Position numbers and translations under genes: made by a program. A stretch of DNA of 64,000 nt from positions 25,358,001-25,422,000 of the forward strand of contig JBHGNT010000004.1 in assembly GCA_043228905.1 (NCBI GenBank). Reading direction: 5' to 3'. This document shows positions 13,555 to 31,316 of this stretch, in pieces; the stretch's first letter is position 1; the number at the start of each line of letters is the position of its first letter. The notes beneath the pieces are model-generated. The model saw only the letters and a list, made by a program, of their open reading frames with translations. It was not told the DNA's origin and ran no database searches. This stretch comes from Azolla caroliniana. Its lineage: Eukaryota > Plantae > Polypodiophyta.

Positions 13555-14251
13555 TAATGCCAAGAAGCTTATGGGGGGTTTGACACTGGTACTTATTCGC
13601 ATCGCCATTCATTAGGATAGATGCCGACCAAACCTCTTCTAACAATCCCTACATGGAGAGAGAACTCCTAGGAATAACACCTACAACACTACATAGACAG
13701 ACAAAGAAACAAACACATACAAATGGGGAAGAAAACAAACACATAAACACGAGCACAAACAAACACACACGGAGAGACACATATGCAAAGACATACATAC
13801 ATATGAAGAAGAGGTTAGTCACACATACGAATACACATTTGCATACATACTCAGAAAAGCATACGAGCGCATTCCCACAAACACAAAAAAGGGGCGGACA
13901 ATACGGATATCAACACAAACACATGTAAAAGGCAGATACACGAATGCAGAGACAAGAGGCGGGAGGAGGCATATGATGGACGCTCTCATATCATATGGCC
14001 CATCACGTTCGCTCACTCACGTATTGCGTTATCCCGTACGTGTGTGTGTGTGTGTATGTATGTGAATCGTATATGTATGTACCAGGCGTATGCGTGGTGG
14101 TGTGTGTGCGCGCGTATGCACGCGAGAGGAATGTGGGTTGTGTGGTAAATAGTGGAGGAGGAGGGTGTGAGGAGAGTGGGCAAAGGAGGTTTTTAGGGTT
14201 TGAGGGAGGCAGGGGCAGGGGCAGAGATTTAGGGTTTGAGGGAGGTGCAGG

Positions 14252-14400
14252 GGTAGAGAGAGAACAGGGGAGAGGGAGATAGAGATAGAGATAGAGAGAG
14301 AGAGAACAGGGGAGAGGGAGATAGAGATAGAGATAGAGAGAGAACAGAGGAGAGAGAGAACAGGGGGGAGAGAGAGAGAGAGAGAGAGAGCGATGGGCGT
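14252..14400. repeat. Compound GA/GAGATA purine repeat upstream of the CDPK gene
   Basis: Repeated 'gagagagaacaggggagagggagatagagatag' units; a (CA)n run follows at 14582-14618. Confidence 0.85.
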
Positions 14401-14580
14401 GGGTGGTTTAATGGTGGGTGGAACCGAAGGAGAAAGGACAGAGAAAAGGAGTTCGTATTTTGGCTCAACGGTGCTCTCCCTCTCCTTCTCCTCCTCCTTT
14501 GAATTTGAACCATTTCTCTCTCAGTCAGTCGGATGGATAGAAGAAACCCATTACTCTTGGGCCATGGCTTTTAAATCCTA

Positions 14581-14621
<41 letters not shown>

Positions 14622-15073
14622 CCAAGCTTCCTTCACTGTGCATCTGCCTCTCCTTCTCTCTTCTTTCGCAGACCCACGCTTTCCATCCATCGCCTCAGAT
14701 TTTTAAAATCAATGCTTTGCCCCCTGGGCGATTTCGTTTTACTGCTGTTTTTCAGCTCCTCTGCCCAAAAACTGGAGGCAAATGCAGTAGACATTCTTTC
14801 ATTCTGATCGTTTCCAAGACATTTGCTGAAGGCAGAAAGTGGGTTTCAGTGCTCGTATTTTCCTCTGTTTTTATTTTTTTAGCAACTTTCGCCTCTAAAG
14901 TTCAGCCACATTTTATTATTATTTTGGAGCTCCATCCTTCCCTTTCAGCACACATGATGGGTAAATACAGTTAAAGAAGAAGAAGAAAAAGAAGATCATC
15001 ATCATTAGATCTTGTTTTACCTATTCCATCTCTTAGGATATAGAAAGGTCAGTGTGGATGCAATCAGACCAAC

Positions 15074-19236
<4,163 letters not shown>

Positions 19237-19899
19237 AAACAAATAAGTAAACAAATTCTTTTGTGATGAAAATTTGTTTCTCTTTTCCGCTTTTAATGGG
19301 GCGGTAAGATGGAACTTGAACTTGGGATGTGGCTTAGAAAGCCATGAGGCTCTAATCTAAACCTCAAAGCCTTGTTGATTGGGTGAATTCTTTTACAAAA
19401 AGAAAAAGGTCTCTTCATGTTGTTGCTTCCTTTTACATGAATGGGTTTCAAATGTTGAAAGAGGAACCCAAATGCTGGGTCTTTTGGCACTGTGGCATTT
19501 GACACCCCCTCACTTGTTAAGGTTGCATCCTTTGTATGAATCAAGTGAGGATTAGTATTTCTTCCAAATGTAATGTTTTGTTTCAATAGTGTCGCCCCTA
19601 TGGAGAACATGGTGGGGCTTGTGGTAGATAAAGGAAAAGAAAAAGTTTGTTCTCTCTTTCGCAGGTTGAATGGGTCTTTATAGAATGCATGACTTCTGAT
19701 TGGATAAATGATTGAAATTTGATGTCCTTTATTAAAGGATAATGTGGATTCTTTCATCATAATGGAAAATGACCAAAATATGAATATATGATACATAAAT
19801 CGGAAGTATATGCTGGTTAAGAAACGCTACTCATACTCATTAATCACATAATGTAGGGTTTAGCGAAGAGAAGAATGATCGTTATTTCTGATTTGGTAT

Positions 19900-21207
19900 T
19901 TCGTGTGACCTTAAGTGTCAATGAGAGCTACCCTCATGTCAGCTAATCTTAAAATAACATTGCCATACCAATCCTTACTACTATGATAAGATGCTCGTCA
20001 ACCAAGGGTTTTTGTATTGTCATGTTGTTTTAAGTAGATACACATGAGCTCTTATGGAATATATTAAAGCACCTCATAGGCTTTCTCATCTCTTGGAAAG
20101 AGATTAAGGAGTATATTGTTTTTTTGTCCCAAAATATATAGCTGAATTTCAAACTATGTTATCAAACATATGTAGTTTGTTTTATTTGTCCCATTGTAAA
20201 TTACTTGTTTAGATGCATCTTTAGATTGACCCACTATGTACAAGCATTATTTTTTCTTTGCCTCTTGTTTCTTCTTTGGAAGTACTTTTGATGAAAGGAG
20301 AAATGGCTCCTCATGAAGATAAGTGGTATGACATGTCATACATGTATGCATTGACAACAACAATTTCTATTTGGAAATAAATATTTTTTGAAGTCTCAAG
20401 ATTGGATGCTTTGTCAACACTTTGGATGAATGTTATTCCCAACATCACGGACCATATTTTAACATCTGTTTGCTGCAAGCAATGATGTCTTCATTATCAT
20501 CTCTATAGTATTAGACATGTGTTAGAAAAGTGAAGTTTTTTGAACCAAATCATCAATTAACATTTTAGAAAGATTGGGTTTCATGACAGATCCTGTGTAT
20601 GTTTTAGCATCACATTCATAGGATAATGCTTCTCCCTGAGAAAGACAGTCACAGCTAGACTGCCCACGAAACGGTCAATGGATTCTCAGCCAGAGTGTTA
20701 TAACATCCTTGTATGCAAATTTTGTTTCTAACATGCTCATACGCTCTTGATAAGTACACATGAGGGTTCATATGTAACTAATTTCGTCTTTGGGTACATA
20801 AGAGGAAATGGTGATATTGGCGTTACATTCCAATCAATAGAAAGAAATTGTGCCTCTAAAACAACTATTACACATGTTTTGGCAGCTAAAACTACTTTAC
20901 TCTCCAAGAGTATAAATGGGGAAGGATGAAGTTGGTAGATTAACTTACATTTCCATTCTTCACAAAGATGTCGAGTCTCTGGAGTGAATATAAAAGTATC
21001 CCATCCTCTTTCTATGGAAGCTGTCATGACATCTTTGCTTTTTGTCCACATCCACACAGACTTCTTTCCTTCCTCTGCTGCTAATGCCATAATAACACGT
21101 TTGTGCAGGTGTGTATTTAGGTTTGAATTAAAACAGCAGGTAAACCCCAACTGAGGAGTTCTTAAAAAGGAAGGACCTGCAAAATAAACAATCCCCTGAG
21201 TTTGCAT
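19900..21207 (-). pseudogene. Type II 3-dehydroquinate synthase-like (DHQS2/aroB-II family) gene; first coding exon intact, remainder decayed
   Basis: Exon 21207-20949 encodes a transit-peptide-like N-terminus then KKSVWMWTKSKDVMTASIERGWDTFIFTPETRHLCEEW, followed by a GTAAGT donor. Downstream only weak colinear, frameshifted remnants (AEN ~20690; KYFQRRNK ~20285). A probable 5'UTR exon has its donor near 22550 and acceptor near 21222. Confidence 0.7.
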
Positions 21208-22398
21208 CTCAATAGTATACTCTACAAATATATAGCAAACATTTCAGCCTGATTACCAAAGGATCAAGAGAATTATGGGATTGATTGCATGAGGAAAGCT
21301 CTTAGAGGTATATACCATCAACATAAGAAATAATTTTGTATTCTTACTCAATCTTCTTATTCACTCACTTCCTTTCCATTTCACTGCATGGCCTAATTCT
21401 GACAGAAATTCTAAATAAACTAAAAATATATTCATCGTGTCACTCTGTTATTTTGCCTATACATTAGGCTCATTCTGTCGCTGTAATCCTTGCATACAAG
21501 ACCCGTTTCACTGACATAGTATGATAGGATGGATAACATGTTGCATTAGGAAAGATTTCCTCTAACCTGTCTGTACTCGCTCTTGATCATATATCTCATT
21601 CCAGTATGAACCTATTTCGCTACTTTCGTGTCTTCAAGGTAACGCTGTCTTTCCCTCCACTTCAGCAATGCAATAGCATGCTTCATTCATATAAGATCAT
21701 GGAAGTGATAGCATAAGATTAGCTACTCCTTTGGACCTGTTTGCATTAACTCCCGATGTACATTGTCACTTTTACTTTTTGTCTTCACATTACACACACT
21801 TTCATTCTCTCATGGCTCTTGTAAGCAAGGAAATAGTTTCAATAGTGATTTCTTGTTAAGTCTCATAGTTCATTCTGTTCTTAGAGAGATTAATACAGTT
21901 TCCTTTCTTTAGTTTATCAACGCAATACCACACTTCACTCACATAAGACCCTGGGACCTTTAACATGAGAGCTCCTCTTTCTGGAGCTTATGTTTATTAA
22001 ATCTTGATCATACTTCTCTACCATCATGAAACGTTGGCACTCCTTGCATCTCAGACATATGCAAACACCTGATACGCTCCATTACCATTATGAACTATTC
22101 TACGCTTGAATTTCATACTTTCCCTTCCTCCTGCTTTTCAGTTTACCTCTTTCATGCTCCTCTTTTTCTTCACTACGTTTCACTCGAATACCACCATAGA
22201 TTTCTCGATCTGATTCATGTTTCCACACATGCACTTCATAATAAGGAGACAATATGACTCTAAGTAAATCCTAGGTTATGAGCAGTGGTAGGAAACCGAA
22301 TATGAACATATGTCTTGCGTATGATAAGGCGAATGGATGTGAAGATGAAGATGGCTATGACGTTGAAGACGAAAGTTGCAGAGTTATGATCGAAAATG

Positions 22399-22399
<1 letters not shown>

Positions 22400-22443
<44 letters not shown>
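22400..22443. repeat. (GAT)n microsatellite
   Basis: About 14 GAT units, in the presumed first intron of the DHQS2-like locus. Confidence 0.9.
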
Positions 22444-22447
<4 letters not shown>

Positions 22448-23891
22448 ACGACACATACCTGTCAGAGGAACGACAGCGGCTCCTGTGGTAGCCATCATCG
22501 ATGAGTAGCGCGCACATCCGCGTGATTTTTACACATGTTCTCTCACTTACTGCTCTACAGACTACAATTATTCCCTTCTCCATCCTTCCGGCATCGGAAT
22601 TTGCTTAGAGAAGAAACATTTGAATCGCTCGCAAGTTGAACTTATCCACTCCGCTTCGCCTATGTGTTTGACAAGCATCCGGAAAATAGCATAATAATCC
22701 GCAACAAATCACCATTTGACAAGGCACCGCGACATATATTAGGGTCACAGTGTTATAGGGACACTCGTCGAGATTGGTGCGCTCCGTATCTGAGCACATT
22801 GGTATCAACGAAATGGCGCTCATTGATTGACAAGCAATGGGATGCCAAATGTGCATGTGGTATGTTAGGAGTGATGTGTGCCAATTCAGCAATTTGTCAC
22901 TACAAGTATTCCTTATGTGTCACATCAATATCTAACAATGGTTGTTTAAGAATTGGTGAGTTACATGTAGACACCTACTAACTAAGGAGCAAATAACATG
23001 GCAATCTTTCACATCAAACACGTCCCCAAGTTGTTATCTAAGAAAAATACCTATTAACCCAGCTTGCCAAATTTCACCTCATTCTTCTTGTGCAATGAAA
23101 TTCTAGAAATGTGGCCAAATAGCTCTTGATTTCATCAAATAAGCATTGGTTCAATGAAGAAGTTCCTAGGATGAGAGAAAATGCCGATATGTCATCAAAC
23201 ACCAATTTCTATGTTTTGTCTCTTGCACGAAGCATTCAATTCTTACACCATTATTCCACCAAAATCACTCAATGGGATGGGTTGTTAGGAAGTTGATACA
23301 CTTTTAAATTCCTAACAATGATTACGTGTGTTTAAAAAGTTCATGAAAAGTGCAAATGTGGCATGACCTAATTGATTTGGTTAAATTTTTCAAAAGTCCA
23401 TTTGAAACACCGGAGATTGATGTTGCTACAGCAATATGTATCGATTGTTCACAAATAGGGTTTTACCCACATTTTTACTTCAAACTTCATGTCTCCTAAC
23501 AAAAGCCTTCGCATATCAAATACGGCCCAAGGGACACTTTCAGAACCCTGACACAACTAGGGTAGCATAGCATACACTTGCTGATGAAAGGAATAAATGA
23601 AACAATTGAACATCAACAACCATCCCCCAGCTACCATTACAAGTTAATATAAATTCACACATGAGCTTGTGTGATTCAAAGAATTGAATAAAAGGAACAG
23701 TTTCCTACTAAATAAATGCTGCAAGAGGGGTGACATGGGACCTCCATATCAACTTGAATAAAAATCGATCGCATAAAATATTTATCTGGGATGATGTTGA
23801 TGACAACGAGAATCAAGGATGTATTCCGAATGTTTTTGTAAACATACAATCATAAACAATGTGTATTCTTTGGCTATAGCTTTGCAGCAAA

Positions 23892-26800
23892 TTAATGTGG
23901 CTCAACAAACACCTAACACAAGAATAAAACCAAAAATCAGTGGGTGAAATGATGAATGCCAAGATGTGAATGTAAAAAGACATTATATGCTGAGGCACAT
24001 TGTCGCAGCATAGCACATGAAATTTTCACACTGAACTAATACACAAATGTATACAATGTACATAAATACAAATATCCACGCATACATACTCATAGATACA
24101 CATATATAAACATGTGTACAACATAAATACATAGAGACTCACATATATACAAACACTCTTTGTTTTTGTGATACGTCATACTTTCAGTGGGAAACCTCAA
24201 ATTTGAGGTGAAATGATAACAATATAATCAGTATCTGTCGTAAAGTGGTAAACGACAGAGTGTTTAAAGCCTTGATTGAGATCATAGGTTCGCATATTGT
24301 AAGCACCATTATTTGGTTGGGACATATTTTCACATGTTTGCACAAGTTTTTCTCCACACTTTTTAGTCTCAATTGAGATCGTGAGTTCAAACCTAATGAG
24401 TCCATTATTTGAATGAAATACATCTTCACAAGTTTTTCACCACCCCTTTATTGAGGTCATGGATTGCAACCTAGTAATGCATTATTTTGGAAGCAAGAAC
24501 ATGCAATAGTTTCTCCTTTGATATATGATGGGGCTTTCATTTCTTTTTCATAAACCAAGGAAAATGCAAAAATGATATAACTAACCTCTGTGGCAAACGA
24601 TGTATCATATGGTTTTCCATCACGCCCATCAGTAATTCGTATTCCAGCTATCTTTTGGACACCCACGGCTGTGGCAACAAGAGACTAGAAAAGTCCACCC
24701 AAGCAATATTTATATCAGCAGATTGTAATATCAACCCAACAGCATTTTACCAAAGCTATAAACTTTAAACTTACAAGATTCAGATCAGTCGTCATAAAAG
24801 GTTCCAACGACGGAACAACCTGAAAGGGCACATATATTTTCACAGTTACTCTGGAACAGTATAATAATGCTGGTTACGCTACCATGATATATTCTAAGAA
24901 AAAAAGGACTTGCACTACAATAAGAGAAGACAAGATGAGAAACACTAACCATTTCCCAAAGACCATTAATCATAATGCCTCCTTTACCCTCAACTTCGTC
25001 TTGGATTATAGATATTTGCAACGGCCCTAAATATCGATCGGTACGGTTGTTCACACTTAGATGTAGCTGAACCAATATAATCAGAACATAACGCATTGAG
25101 TACAAGACACAGCCTAGTACATTTTGATAGATTTTTATGTTCAAACTTTTTTAAATATAGTTATCTTGACACATTTTCATATAGTTATAAAATCTGGCAT
25201 ATTTTTTCTTCTGAAGCTTCTACATTTCCACAACACAGATTTTCATGCAGATTCAGAGGATTTTAAGAGCACACAACCATCAAAATTTCTCTCCTTTTCC
25301 AGGTTTTAAAAAAAGATCTTTCTATTTTAACCCACTTTTCTTTCTATATCCTGATTTTTAAGGAACTTCACATTTAAATTATTGTTTTTCAATAATGCTC
25401 GTGGTTTTTTGCTTTCATGATGCTACGAGAGATGGAGCTCTAGGTGGTGACAATATTAAGGAACTATGCAGTGCCTCATCTCCGCAACACAGCAGTAAAA
25501 GGAACAAATAGGAATGATGATATGTTCACAACACAACAGTAAAACTTGAAATTTACCAAGAAAGGTCTCTCAATAGGAATGATGATATGTTCACAACACA
25601 AGAGTAAAACTTGAAATTTACCAGGAAAGGTCTCTCAATAACCACATGGGATGGTATTTTGACTACTCGAACATCAACCTCTTTCTGAGGTATACCCTGC
25701 AAAGAAATCACAAAATAATTGATTTGTGGTCATAAATATTTTTCTTTCCCCCCTGCTTAGTTTTGCTACTCCTAATTTGTTTTTTCCACTCTTTTTTTTA
25801 CCCAATGAATTCTTCTTCTCTTAGCTATGATGGAAAACTTGAATTTTCTGAAAATAATGCCTACCGTCAAGTTTTGCCAAAACTTACACTTCCTAAGATT
25901 TGTTGAGTTTGCAGCCGACCAGGTTCACCAAGTGTTGTTCGCCAAGTAATATCAAGCTTGCCCAATGTATTGCTGTTCTCAAATCGCATTGAACCAGGTT
26001 CATGGACATGTTGCTTCAACTGGTACAAATAGTTGCGGACCCCACCATTTGCTCTTATTACTTGTGATTGCTTCAAAAATACACTAAAGAATAAAGTATT
26101 GAGCAAATTACTAATCTACTATTGTGCTATTTTTTAGAAATACTTTCAAATTATTATATGCCTTTCTCTATCCATAAGCTCGCCATCAACCTCCCTAATG
26201 ATGGTCCTTCATGATATCCACTACTCTAAAGCCAGTGTAAGAAAGCTACCCTATCGATGATTCTAAGCATTTGATGAATGTAGTGGGTAGCACGAGAGAT
26301 GCATCAATACTCAAAATTTATTAGGAATTATTTGAACAATTGTTATTGCAGATCCAAAAGAAGCTTGGAGGAAGAGCCACAGAAAATTAAAACTAATCAC
26401 AACATCACAGTGAGATCATTATTTTTCACGTCAAATTCACTCAAACCTTCATTCCAACCCATGTAACTACAAATCTCAAGAAGCATTTCAATTTAAATGG
26501 AGAAAGCATTGTGTATCGAACAAACTTGAAATGGGGAAATGCTGAAACAGAAACAGAACTTACTTTTCCAAGGAATTAATTGATTGATTGTCATGTTCAG
26601 CTTGAATAACTGTCACTGTCCATGGTGCCGCTGGCTCAAAACGTACTTCATCCATAAATAGATGTGCTTTAGTGTGGTTTTCTATGCAAGCTTCAAGAAA
26701 TGTGTTGTCCTATTGGAGAAGGGAGCAACAGGGGGATTGAGAAATCATAAAAAGCTACAAAAATGAAAAATGAAAAATGAAAATTATAAACAAAATTAAC

Positions 26801-29800
26801 AAAATTTATTACCTTGACCGTGCGCACCTGGAAACCACACAAATGACATAAAACCCTTTGAGATAATAAACTGTCATGTCCAAAACAGAATCCAAAAGCT
26901 TTGTAGAGAATCAACATTACCTTCGTGCGTACAGAGAGGGGGTTTGCTGCTACAAATTTAAAATACTGCGGAAGATATTTGCGTTCTCCTTCATGGTCAG
27001 TGTATACAGCCATACACATTAATCTGGTATTAGTAGCAATCAAGAGTAACATGCTTTAAGGATTCCATACTAGCGTGGGGTAACGGAACAAACGGTTAAT
27101 TGTAAATGAATGACATTTTTTCATTCAAAAGATAAATTATATGTTCAACCAAAATGCTCTATCTGTAGTCATAATGTTATGAATCTTTAATACACCTTAC
27201 AAATCCTTAATGATTCCAAATCTTATTCTTTATGTCAGGAAGGAATCTCCCATCACATGAAGGAAAAAACTGGAATGTCATTTCTCGATTGCAGATAGCG
27301 TGTATTTCTTTGTTCTTATGTTCCTGTCATGCATGCATACTACAGGGATAGCAGGAACATATCAAGATGAAAGGCTTTTAGTTTATTTCGACTGTCTCCA
27401 TTTAGCAGTAAACTATGGTCTACCATCATATATTAAGTAGAATGTGAAGTAACTATTCATCCTCAATGAGACTAAGTTGTAAGTTGAGAAATATGATATA
27501 CTGCCTTGAGGAAGGGAGGGAATGTAAATAATCCTTTTTGAGCAAAAATGCAAATGCTTTTTGAGGAAGGGGAGGGAATGCAAATAGTATTGTTTTCAAT
27601 ATGCCTGTATTCTTGCCAAAAACGACTATGACTAGGATGATGAATGTGCATTTCCCCTTTAATAGCTTAACATTGGAATGAGAAGACTCTTCCTCATTTC
27701 TATTACAAATCCTATTTCAAATATGTCATAAACATGCCTCCTCAGATATGAAAGGCAGAATAAATACAGATGCTCCCATATGCATACAAAGCAATAGTGA
27801 AAACTGAATAGTTTTTTACGTGTGGGGTCCAAGTTCTTTGATGTCATGCTCAATTATAAAATCATAGCGTCCACTTCCTTTTATGAAATCCATCGGAGCT
27901 TTGGAATTGTCTACTAGCATGATCCTTTGTCTTTCTGTCTGAATTTCTGCCTGAATTGCAAATAGAAGTTCAATGAAACAATTTTCGGATACAAACCCAA
28001 AGAGTTAAAAGAATATATAAAGTTGATCAATGATCATGATTCATCATGGAAAATTTATTTGAATGAAATAATTTTTGACATCAGCACACCTTAGGTATCC
28101 AAGAAATGTGGTCTGTGACGGAAAGTATCTTATTTGCACAGACTTTTACGAGGCATTCCATCATTTTTTACCTTCTAAAGAATGTTAACTCTCATAGAGT
28201 CTGAGAGTGGGTGTGTTAGCAAGGAAAAGAATCAGATAGAACAACCAGAAATGAAAAACACACGGGAGAGGGGTTGACAGCTTATGCCGAGGAGAAAACT
28301 ATATTAATCAACTAAAATTTATCAACATAACAAAATAGGCCAAGTGGGCTTATTATACAAGTCCTCAAGAGACAACCACATTAAATGTGGTTGGTGGAAT
28401 CTAGTCATAGACATGCACTCGAGTACGATTCTGTCATAAGAGTATCTAATATCCTTAACTAACTAGATGTCACAATCTAGTTCTTCGTGTAACTAGATAG
28501 TTCACATGGATTACAATAAAGTGTGCTCACACTTTTTCACACATCGTGTTTTTCTCCATGAGCACATGTTCACATGACTTGGGTTCATTCTCAACACACC
28601 CCCTCAAGGTCAATTGTGTGTCATGTTAAGCTTGGTTGTCTCATTGGAAAACTCGGCCGAAGTTGCTTGAACTGCTGGGCCATGGCCTTCACATTGCTCC
28701 TATGTACTCGATCTCGATCATGCAAGGTCAATCTCGTTGATCCAAAATTTGTTGATAAAAAATTCCAAGGTGTCAAAGTTTTTCACTGGGCTCATCCGAC
28801 TGGGGTTTTGTTCCAGGGTTCCGAGCCTATGCTGATATTGCCCCATCTCCCTTGTCCTCTTATCTCTTCACGGGCCGATTCACAATCAGGCTTATCTCGG
28901 ACTATAAAATTCCAGGCTTCGAAAAATCTTCATCCAATTTGCTGAGTTGAGTCAGAACAGGTGTGTCAGGCTTACTCTATCAATGCTGGTCTCCCTCTTC
29001 CACCTTTTGATTATATTGGGTTCTAGTTCTTCATGTGCTCCTTGGTCTTTCTTGGTACTTGTCCTTGTACCTGTATTCCCCCTCAAGCTTAGCATATAGA
29101 GTGGTCTAAGGCCTAGATCCACCAAGAATTATCAAGACCTAGTGCCTTTGTGAAAATATTGGCCACCAACTCATTGGCGTCGATGTAATGGAGGTTGATG
29201 TCTCCAGCCAATATCCACTCACAGATATAATGATAGTATAGCTCAATGTGCTTAGTTTGGGCATGAAAGACCGGATTCTTTGCGAGTTGGATGATGGTGA
29301 AATTGTCGCAATGGATCGGCATTGGCTCAATAACCGATTTGTTGAAGTCTGTCAGCAGTCTTTTATGCGATACAGCTTCGCATGCAGCTGCAGTTGCACC
29401 CCTATACTCCGCCACAGTGCTCAATAGAGCCACTGTTGGTCGTTTCTTGCTGCTCCAAGAGATTGCTCGATTGCCGAGCAAAAACATAAATCCCAATGTG
29501 GATCTACTGTCAGATGTGTCGCCTGCCCAATCAGCATCCATGAACTCTTCAAATCGAAGAGGTACTCCGTGCCTCTAGAAGATATTGCGATCAAGTGTTC
29601 CACTTACATATCGTAACACTATCTTAGCACAATCCATGTGAGTGTTGCATGGGGTTTGCATGGACTGGCTAAGCAGCCCAACTAGGAAGCTAAGGATTTA
29701 GCTTGATTTGTAAGCTCCTCTCCACGACTTACACCTGCTGTCATGCAGTAGCACTCAACAACGTTAGCCGGTTCAAAACGGCATCTCCAACTTTGATAGT

Positions 29801-31316
29801 AGAGCTTGATGAAGGATCTTCAACCTTCACACTCTTTTACCATGTAAACAATGCTAACTGTAGTAGATTCAGGGTGTGCGGAAGCGGTGTTTGAGCAAGA
29901 TTAGGAATCATAGAAATAACCAGAAATGAGAAAATACACAAGAGGGTGGACAACAGCTAATCCACTTAAAAGAAAACTATATTGATCGACAAAAAATTAT
30001 CAACGGAACACAATGGGCCAAGTGGGCTTTATATACAAGTCCTTAAGGGACAACCACATTGAATGTGGTAGGTGGAGTATAGTCATAAAACATCCGCTTG
30101 AGTAAGCTTCTATCATAAGAATAGCTAATATTCTTTGACCACATTTACATTTGACAACTAACTAGATGTCACAATCTAGTTCTTCATGTAACTAGATAGT
30201 TCATACAAACAACAATAAAGTGAGCTCACGCTCTTTTTCACACATCGTGCTTTTCTCCATAAGCACGTGTTTACATGAGTTGCACTTGATTGTCAACAAA
30301 CCCTTTGGCTACGGAAAGTGATTTTGTAAAGGCATATTTTGTGGATTCAAGAATTAAATGGGCACGACATTAGATATCCAAATCGCTGAATAAAGCTTTC
30401 ACTCTAATGAAGAGATTACAACAAGAAACCAAGTTTTAACACAACATACTGGTTATGATTGTTCTTGCCTTGATAACAACATCTCTAACATTGCCGCGAG
30501 TCTGATTTGCAACGCTGATATAGCTGCAAAATGTCTCTCCTAGGTATATAGATCTGAAAAGCATTGGAAAAAGATCTCTCACACACACATATCTTTGATT
30601 CAAATATCTTAATCTAACAAAATTGTTGAGCAAATACAATTGTGCATGGTTCCGAAAAGAATTATTCTAAATCAAATAAGTTCAACAATTCAAATGCATT
30701 GTGAACAATTCAAATGGCATAAGTTCCCATCAAACAAGTTTTACCCCAAATGCTTGTGGAAAATTCAAAATTGTCTCATCATAAATAAAACAAAATCATC
30801 ACGCAATACATACCCAATTATATTGATGACTAAAAAATGCATAAAATAAACTTTTTAACAAATACATAACCAATATTCTTCTACAGGACTCAAAAAAATC
30901 ATCACCCCAAATAAAAACAAATTTCCTGAATGAATGGTATTATCCTAAATCAAAACAATTTGACCTAATTTTCTGTGGATTGATTCTAAAAGGCGATATA
31001 TTATATAAAAACCCAACATCACATACCCAAATGCTTGCGGAAGGACAAGGAGGCCTGAGAGGCCCATAGCATCGGAGGGTTGTTCAATCTCGAATCTTTT
31101 ACTGAATCCTTCTTCTCTGCCAGGTTGGACCAGAGAGGAATGGGAAGAGAGTATGGTATTCAAGTGTTGGGAAGAATTTGGGTCATCGAGAAAATCTTCA
31201 CCTATCATGAGATCGATGGGATCAACTCGCGTTGGTAAGTCCACCTGGAAGGCGGGGCGGCAGAGACGCATCACTCTGAAGGCCAGAGAATGGCCACCTG
31301 CTCCTGAGCTCATCAC
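23892..31316 (-). CDS. TRAPPC13: Trafficking protein particle complex subunit 13, 12 exons, ~440 aa
   Basis: Exons 31316-31027, 30553-30469, 27950-27820, 27023-26921, 26827-26813, 26709-26564, 26083-25888, 25696-25622, 25066-24950, 24819-24775, 24684-24586, 23912-23892 (1323 nt). Motifs HSLAFRVMRLCRP, LPQAFGSIYLGETFCSY, LGKLDITWRTTLGEPGRLQT; ends EVFVEPH*. Intron 2 is GC-AG. Confidence 0.92.
25507..25640. repeat. 65-bp tandem duplication spanning the TRAPPC13 exon 8 donor
   Basis: 'aataggaatgatgatatgttcacaacacaa.agtaaaacttgaaatttacca.gaaaggtctctc' starts at 25507 and 25572. Confidence 0.9.
28174..30298 (-). mobile_element. Internally deleted Ty1/Copia LTR retrotransposon in TRAPPC13 intron 2
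   Basis: Diverged LTR pair ~28174-28596 and 29843-30298. PPT 'cttgagggggtg' (-) next to the left LTR; degenerate Met-type PBS (+ 'ctcttttacca', 29832-29842). Copia RNase H motifs DADWAGD..RST, AISWSSKK, AEY, CDN, NPVFHAQTKHIE (29113-29541). TSD degenerate (tacct/aaccc). Confidence 0.85.

Noticed and set aside
19293-19796. 167-aa antisense ORF over the CDPK 3'UTR
   Set aside because: No recognisable motif, and composition is typical of translated AT-rich UTR.
21208-21231. In-frame IFVEYTIE just upstream of the DHQS2-like ATG, resembling the TRAPPC13 C-terminus and suggesting a TRAPPC13-DHQS2 fusion
   Set aside because: The true last exon VFVEPH* with a canonical acceptor is at 23912-23892. 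ATATTTGTAG here is simply a 3' splice site and has no AG in front of it.
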